Source: a virus | Lineage: Duplodnaviria > Heunggongvirae > Uroviricota > Caudoviricetes | DNA length: 19,430 nt | Virus record (IMG/VR): IMGVR_UViG_2920292642_000002 | Span: 1 to 19,430 of that record | Reading direction: 5' to 3' (one strand) | Shown here: piece by piece, positions 15,219 through 19,430 of the stretch | Position numbering within the stretch: position 1 is the stretch's first letter | Layout of the letters: each line of letters begins with the position of its first letter | Program-made: the position numbers and the translations under genes | The notes under the pieces: generated by a model | What the model was told of the DNA's origin: nothing | Seen by the model: the letters and a program-made list of their open reading frames with translations, nothing else | Databases searched by the model: none

Positions 15219-15301
15219 CGTGAATTACCTTTCAATGTCAGGGATTGATGGGCATGCGGACCGACCGGGGCTCTGAGCCCCGGCCACGCGGTTGACGCGC
15301 T

Positions 15302-16210
15302 TTAGAAGGAGCGACGACGGGTCGTGCGCTCGGCCGGCACCGGCTTGGTGGTGGTCTCGGCCGGAGGAGCCTCCGTGGCGGCGGCAGCCTGTTCGGCAGC
15401 AGCGGCCTTGCGGGCGCGAGCTTCCTCCAACTGCCGCATCAGAGCGGCTTCCTCGTCGTCGACCTCCGGCTCGGCGGCGGGAGCGGCCTGCTGCTCGATA
15501 GCCTTGGTCTCGCGCGGTGCAGACTTCGGCTTCTCCTCCTCGATGAGGTTCGAGTTGGAGTCGGACTCCGAGACGGTGCGGCCGTCGCCGTACTGGGCGA
15601 TCAGGTCCTCCTCGGACATCCAGTCGACGATCTTGAAGATCGGGTAGTGCTTCTTCCCGTGCTTCTTCTCCTTGGGCATGTACGAGCCCTTGGTGAACTC
15701 CACGACCGGAAGCTCGCCCGGATGGTTCTTGTACTGCCGGCCGTAGTCCTTCAGCAGATCACCCAGCGGGCGCAGGGCCGACTTGGTGGTCGTCTTGTAG
15801 ACGATCTGGACGCCGGCATGATCAGCGCCGAGCGGGCGAAGGTCGATCGCGAACTGCTCCGACCAGCCGTCCTGCGTGCCGTCAGCATGCTTCTCGTAAG
15901 GACCGTGGTCCGTGAGTTCATGCTTGCCGGGCGGCGGACCCTGAAGGATCGGGACCATGATCTCGTCGACCACCTCCTCATCCTTCCAGCAAATCCAGCC
16001 GCGACGGGCGTTCGCCACGTCGGCAACGAGGCGTTCTTCGGCCTCGATCTCCTGCGCGCTCTGCCCGTAGGAGAACTCGCCGGAGTTGCCGTTGAACTTG
16101 GCGTAGACGGCCGAAGAGCCACCAAGATCGTTACCGGCTGCCGCAAACGGATCGTAGGCGCTCTCCTGAGCGATCTCCGTCCGGGTACGGGTTGCAACTG
16201 CTGTACTCAT
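15302..16210 (-). CDS. Putative phage ssDNA-binding/recombination protein with a long low-complexity C-tail
   Basis: Strong AAGGAG RBS; aromatic-rich core (KFNGNSGEF, GWICW, DGW, YPIFKIVDW), acidic/Ala-rich tail, and position next to a nuclease. The function is an inference. Confidence 0.7.
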   Translation of the reverse strand: MSTAVATRTRTEIAQESAYDPFAAAGNDLGGSSAVYAKFNGNSGEFSYGQSAQEIEAEERLVADVANARRGWICWKDEEVVDEIMVPILQGPPPGKHELTDHGPYEKHADGTQDGWSEQFAIDLRPLGADHAGVQIVYKTTTKSALRPLGDLLKDYGRQYKNHPGELPVVEFTKGSYMPKEKKHGKKHYPIFKIVDWMSEEDLIAQYGDGRTVSESDSNSNLIEEEKPKSAPRETKAIEQQAAPAAEPEVDDEEAALMRQLEEARARKAAAAEQAAAATEAPPAETTTKPVPAERTTRRRSF

Positions 16211-16259
16211 TGTGTCTCCTTTCGTTCAGCAGGGTGTGCTTGACTTCCGACGCCCGGAT

Positions 16260-16276
16260 GTCAAGAATTTCTGGAC
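16260..16276. promoter_or_regulatory. Operator-like motif, copy 8, overlapping a minus-strand TTGACA
   Basis: GTCAAGAATTTCTGGAC(ACG), intergenic upstream of the putative SSB. Confidence 0.75.
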
Positions 16277-16283
16277 ACGCAGA

Positions 16284-17435
16284 TCACGCGTCTTCGTCGT
16301 CGAGGTCCTTGAAGGTGACCTTCAGGATTTCATACGGGTTACCGAGCTTCATATGCTCGGAGACATCGATGCCGGCCGCTTCGAGCGAGGACTTGTCGAG
16401 AGTCTGCCGGCCCTGTGCCATAGTGTAGGAAACCGACCAACTGTTTCCTTGCGCCTTGTTCGAGCCATGGCGACGCAGGACCTCCTTGATCTCCTCATTG
16501 AGGCGATCCAGTTCCTCCTTCGCCTTCTTCGCTGCCTTGGTCGCAGCGCGGCGGCGGAACAGGAGTTCGTCCTTGAGCAGATCGCCCACGAGCGCCGGGT
16601 CCGTCTGGCGTTTCTTGTCCGTCGTCTTGCCCGGCATCGCCTTCACCGTCGTGTCGAGGCACGACTGTTGGTAAGGGCAATACTGACAAGTGCCGTCGAT
16701 CACACCTTCGCGATGAAGCTTGGACGGATCAGTCGTCTTGAAGACCAATTCCGCGCGATCCTGCGCAATCTTGAACTTCTTCTCGTCGAACTTGACGACG
16801 AATACTTCGATGTCATCCAAGAACGACGCGTTGATGTACAGGATCACAGCGTAGTTGGGCTTGAACGCCGTCGTCTGACGCATCAACCCCATCTGAATCT
16901 GGGTCTGGCCGTGGTGGATCGCCTTTTCCTCGGACAGGTCCACACGCGGGTCGATCGACTTGACCTCCAGCATGAAGCAGTCGGTGCCGAGATCGACGAC
17001 GCCGTACTTGGCCAGAGCATTGCGGGCCACACCACGGATCAGACCGTCCGGTGTAACCGACAGCACGCCCTCCGGCCGGCCGTTATCGTCGAAGTCGTCC
17101 GGATCGCCGTCGAAGAGGGTGATCTGGTTCTCACCGCCCATCAGGAACTCGAACAGCTTGAGTTCCTTCGCGCCCCACTCCATGGCGGGGACAACGATGT
17201 GGTTCTCGATGATGTCGCCGCGCCGCAGCGCGCCCCACGACTCCTCGTATTCCGGATCGGGCTCGAAGCCGTTGCGCTTGTACCAAGCCTTGCGCAGGCA
17301 GCCGAACGCCTCCGAGCCGCCGAGCGTCTTGTTGCGGTCGTGACCCCACTTCTTGTTGGTGCCGTCGACCCACGACTGGAAGATCGCCTTGAAATCCAAC
17401 GGCTCTTTGGTCGTAGTCAGCATGTCAGGACTCAA
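16284..17435 (-). CDS. Cas4/AddB-like PD-(D/E)XK exonuclease with a probable 4Fe-4S cluster
   Basis: GCLRKAWY (Cys1), TPDGL, EVKS, QTQIQM, CQYCPYQQSC (Cys2-4). Confidence 0.88.
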   Translation of the reverse strand: MSPDMLTTTKEPLDFKAIFQSWVDGTNKKWGHDRNKTLGGSEAFGCLRKAWYKRNGFEPDPEYEESWGALRRGDIIENHIVVPAMEWGAKELKLFEFLMGGENQITLFDGDPDDFDDNGRPEGVLSVTPDGLIRGVARNALAKYGVVDLGTDCFMLEVKSIDPRVDLSEEKAIHHGQTQIQMGLMRQTTAFKPNYAVILYINASFLDDIEVFVVKFDEKKFKIAQDRAELVFKTTDPSKLHREGVIDGTCQYCPYQQSCLDTTVKAMPGKTTDKKRQTDPALVGDLLKDELLFRRRAATKAAKKAKEELDRLNEEIKEVLRRHGSNKAQGNSWSVSYTMAQGRQTLDKSSLEAAGIDVSEHMKLGNPYEILKVTFKDLDDEDA

Positions 17436-17649
17436 TGGTGATGGTGCCGTAGAAGTCTTTCCAGCACTCAGGGATGAGGGTGTCGCTGTAGACGCCAGCG
17501 CGGCCGTGAACGGTCGTGGTGAGGGTGACGCCGGTCCGAGGGCCGGTGAACATCACGACGTGCGGAGGATCATCCGGGAGGCCTCCCGGAACACAGAGGC
17601 GCTTCAGGATCGGGTAGGGACGGGTGTTTGGTGTGGCTGTAGTCTTCAC
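17425..17649 (-). CDS. Hypothetical phage protein (74 aa)
   Basis: ATGA overlap at 17646-17649; overlaps the start of the nuclease gene. Confidence 0.7.
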   Translation of the reverse strand: MKTTATPNTRPYPILKRLCVPGGLPDDPPHVVMFTGPRTGVTLTTTVHGRAGVYSDTLIPECWKDFYGTITIES

Positions 17650-17858
17650 TGCGCGTCACCCTTCATGTCCTCGTAGCAGGCGCGGTAGCCGGCTTCGTAG
17701 GCATTGGTCAGCATCTCGGAGGTGATCTGCTCAGCCTTGGCGGCGATCTCCGATTCAGCATTCTTGCGGATGTTGGTGATGACGCTGGAGTTGGAAATGG
17801 CGGAGCGCTCCACCATAAAATCCAAATATTCCTTGTCGTTCGGTTCCATTGTCTGCAT
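17646..17858 (-). CDS. Hypothetical phage protein (70 aa)
   Basis: In-operon ORF with AYEAGY motif; SD weak and start uncertain (17858 or 17849). Confidence 0.65.
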   Translation of the reverse strand: MQTMEPNDKEYLDFMVERSAISNSSVITNIRKNAESEIAAKAEQITSEMLTNAYEAGYRACYEDMKGDAQ

Positions 17859-17872
17859 ATCGCTTGGCTCTT

Positions 17873-17889
17873 GTCCAGTAATTCTTGAC
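17873..17889. promoter_or_regulatory. Operator-like motif, copy 9 (inverted orientation)
   Basis: GTCCAGTAATTCTTGAC; its reverse complement GTCAAGAATTACTGGAC matches copy 7 at 16/17. Confidence 0.75.
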
Positions 17890-17898
17890 GCTTATCGA

Positions 17899-17942
17899 GG
17901 CAGACGGCCGGGTCGAAGAGGCAAACTCCCCGGCCGTCTGCC
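17899..17942. repeat. 14-bp perfect inverted repeat forming a long hairpin
   Basis: GGCAGACGGCCGGG (17899-17912) / CCCGGCCGTCTGCC (17929-17942). Confidence 0.85.
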
Positions 17943-17980
17943 AAGCGCTGGTAACGAACAGCGCTAGGGGTATTGGTGGA

Positions 17981-18619
17981 TCAGGCCGCGTCGGCGGGAG
18001 CGGGGCTTGGGAGGGCGATCGCACCCTGCTCCACCAATTTCATGAGCACACGCGCGGTGGCTCGGCAGTCGATGATGGCGTTGTGAGCGCCTTCCAGTTC
18101 CTCGTCGAAGAAGAACTTCATGCACTCGGCCAGCTTCGGCCACTTGTAGTCCTCGTTGTGCAGCGGGCGCTTGCCCTTCTTCTTCACGATCGGCGTCGCC
18201 GCCTTCATCGTGCAGACGATCGACTTGTCTCCGAACGGGTCGTCGCCGACCGCGCCTTCGAGCGCAAGCTGCACCATCGCCACGGCCCGGCGCATGACAA
18301 TCGTGTCGAACGCCGTGTTGTGACACACGATCATGTCTGCCGCGTTCACCATGCCAAGGAACACGTTGATGACGTGGTCGAGATCGAGCCCGACTTCCTC
18401 GGCAATCTGCTGCGTGACCCCGTGGATCAGTGCGACCTCCTGCGGGATGTCCCACGAGGACGGAAACACGATCAGGTCCGCCGAGCCGAGTTCGCGGCCG
18501 GTATTCAGGTCGATCAGCAATGCACCAAGCTGCACGAGCTTGGGCTGCTGCGGGGCGATCGGGTCGGCCTTGAAGTCGGCCTTTCCGGTCGTCTCCGTAT
18601 CGAAAATCAGAGCTTTCAT
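17981..18619 (-). CDS. Stand-alone DEDDh 3'-5' exonuclease (DnaQ-like)
   Basis: FDTETTG (ExoI), CHNTAFD (ExoII), AHNAIID (ExoIII). Confidence 0.93.
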   Translation of the reverse strand: MKALIFDTETTGKADFKADPIAPQQPKLVQLGALLIDLNTGRELGSADLIVFPSSWDIPQEVALIHGVTQQIAEEVGLDLDHVINVFLGMVNAADMIVCHNTAFDTIVMRRAVAMVQLALEGAVGDDPFGDKSIVCTMKAATPIVKKKGKRPLHNEDYKWPKLAECMKFFFDEELEGAHNAIIDCRATARVLMKLVEQGAIALPSPAPADAA

Positions 18620-18651
18620 CGGGAGGTCGTTAACCTTAATTTCTGGGTGGA

Positions 18652-18680
18652 TTGTTAGATTATCTGGACACGAACGTCAA
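18652..18680 (-). promoter_or_regulatory. Sigma70 promoter upstream of the exonuclease, with motif copy 10 (18653-18669) overlapping the spacer and -10
   Basis: TTGACG-N17(TTCGTGTCCAGATAATC)-TAACAA. Confidence 0.7.
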
Positions 18681-18695
18681 GAAAAAGTTAGGAAC
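18681..18695. promoter_or_regulatory. Near-consensus LexA box abutting the -35
   Basis: GAAA-AAGTTAG-GAAC, one mismatch to GAAC-N7-GAAC; same position relative to the -35 as the box at 9970. Confidence 0.5.
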
Positions 18696-18696
18696 A

Positions 18697-19047
18697 TCAC
18701 CACAGCGGCCGGCCGGTCGGACCCATGCGGCACTGGCCCGTGTTGGGCTCGACGCCCACTGCGATATCGTCCCAGATTTCGATCGTGTCGAAGTCCTTCT
18801 CATTCGTGATCTTCAGCGGCGGGATGTCTAGTTTGGCCAACCACGCGTGCATAAGAGTTTGAAGAGTCTGGCGATTTTCCACATCGCACCAGCGCGCGGT
18901 GAAGATTCGAACCTCGACCCCATTGGCCAGCCAGCGCTTGATCCGATCGACCATGGGCATGATCGGCTCGCCAAGGTGGTTATACCCCTTCCAGCCGTTG
19001 TAGACGGCGAGCGTCCGGTCGAAATCGACGCCAATCCAACCACTCAT
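18697..19047 (-). CDS. HAD-superfamily phosphatase (PseT phosphatase-like)
   Basis: VDFDRTL (motif I), IFTAR (motif II), WDD (motif IV). Confidence 0.85.
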   Translation of the reverse strand: MSGWIGVDFDRTLAVYNGWKGYNHLGEPIMPMVDRIKRWLANGVEVRIFTARWCDVENRQTLQTLMHAWLAKLDIPPLKITNEKDFDTIEIWDDIAVGVEPNTGQCRMGPTGRPLW

Positions 19048-19280
19048 AGATGCTCTCCTCGAACGATGCGTTTCTCAAATTCTGTCAAGCAATTCTTGAC
19101 ATCGCGGACCTCGGAAAGGAGGCGCTGCATGGGTGTCGTTTCGTCGATCGGCGAATGCGCGTGGAAGCCGAATCGGTGACCCTTGAAAATCTCCTTGATG
19201 ACCTCGGAGCATTCCTCGCCGAGGCGGGCGATGACCTCCTCGAATGGCGCGGTATCAAGCGGGTATTTGATCAGGTCCAT
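19044..19280 (-). CDS. MazG-like all-alpha NTP pyrophosphatase-like protein (78 aa)
   Basis: LGEECSEVIKEIFK ... LSEVRDV acidic pattern; TGATG and ATGA overlaps at its two ends. Confidence 0.6.
   Translation of the reverse strand: MDLIKYPLDTAPFEEVIARLGEECSEVIKEIFKGHRFGFHAHSPIDETTPMQRLLSEVRDVKNCLTEFEKRIVRGEHL
19084..19100. promoter_or_regulatory. Operator-like motif, copy 11 (inside a CDS)
   Basis: GTCAAGCAATTCTTGAC, a near-perfect palindrome. Confidence 0.5.
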
Positions 19281-19430
19281 CAGAGCACCACGTCGGCGTA
19301 ATCGTTCGGGAAGCTTCCCCGATCGGCGAGCCAGTCCATGTCGGGCTCGACGCTCTCCACCTTGGCGATCGTCTGGCCGGAGCCGACAAGCCATTCCAAG
19401 AGTTCCATCGGCTGGATTTCATGACCCTCC
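19280..19430 (-). CDS. 3' end of a phage gene truncated by the window edge (...EGHEIQPMELLEWLVGSGQTIAKVESVEPDMDWLADRGSFPNDYADVVL)
   Basis: Open frame from the window end to TGA at 19280-19282, which overlaps the next ATG. Confidence 0.65.
   Translation of the reverse strand, partial: EGHEIQPMELLEWLVGSGQTIAKVESVEPDMDWLADRGSFPNDYADVVL

Larger units (their letters stand above)
631..19430. mobile_element. Left end of a tRNA-integrated prophage (integration plus early/DNA metabolism region); continues past the window
   Basis: Tyrosine integrase immediately 3' of a tRNA, then a co-oriented block of phage-type replication and nucleotide genes and small ORFs with overlapping start/stop codons. The exact att core cannot be defined because attR is outside the window. 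Confidence 0.92.

Noticed and set aside
16284-17435. CRISPR-Cas system suggested by the Cas4-like gene
   Set aside because: No repeat-spacer array or other cas genes in the window.

Overview
The window is from a GC-rich alphaproteobacterium, probably Rhizobiales-like (inferred from the TrxA sequence and promoter style). It opens with host trxA, its terminator and a tRNA-Arg with the uncommon UCG anticodon. The left end of an integrated temperate phage follows: repeated TGCAAA att-arm-like motifs, a tyrosine integrase (+), a bidirectional terminator, then ~17 kb of tightly coupled minus-strand early/replication genes that run off the window end. These encode dUTPase, a monomeric class II (B12) ribonucleotide reductase, ThyX, a dNMP kinase, a RecD/Dda-like helicase, an ATP-dependent ligase, a putative SSB, a Cas4-like Fe-S nuclease, a DEDDh exonuclease, HAD and MazG-like proteins, three HTH proteins and many small hypotheticals. 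The strongest observations are: (1) a free-standing intein-like gene (HINT + LAGLIDADG) that has lost the recognisable splicing and nuclease residues, apparently leaderless from its own promoter and coupled to dut; (2) a 17-bp pseudo-palindrome (consensus GTYAAGAATTWCTKGAC) in about 11 copies across the phage region, several in the spacers of near-identical sigma70 promoters; (3) alphaproteobacterial LexA-type boxes directly abutting the -35 of two phage promoters; (4) a ~75-aa helical insertion in the RNR and a terminator/attenuator-like RNR leader. All protein assignments come from motif recognition by eye; no searches were run.
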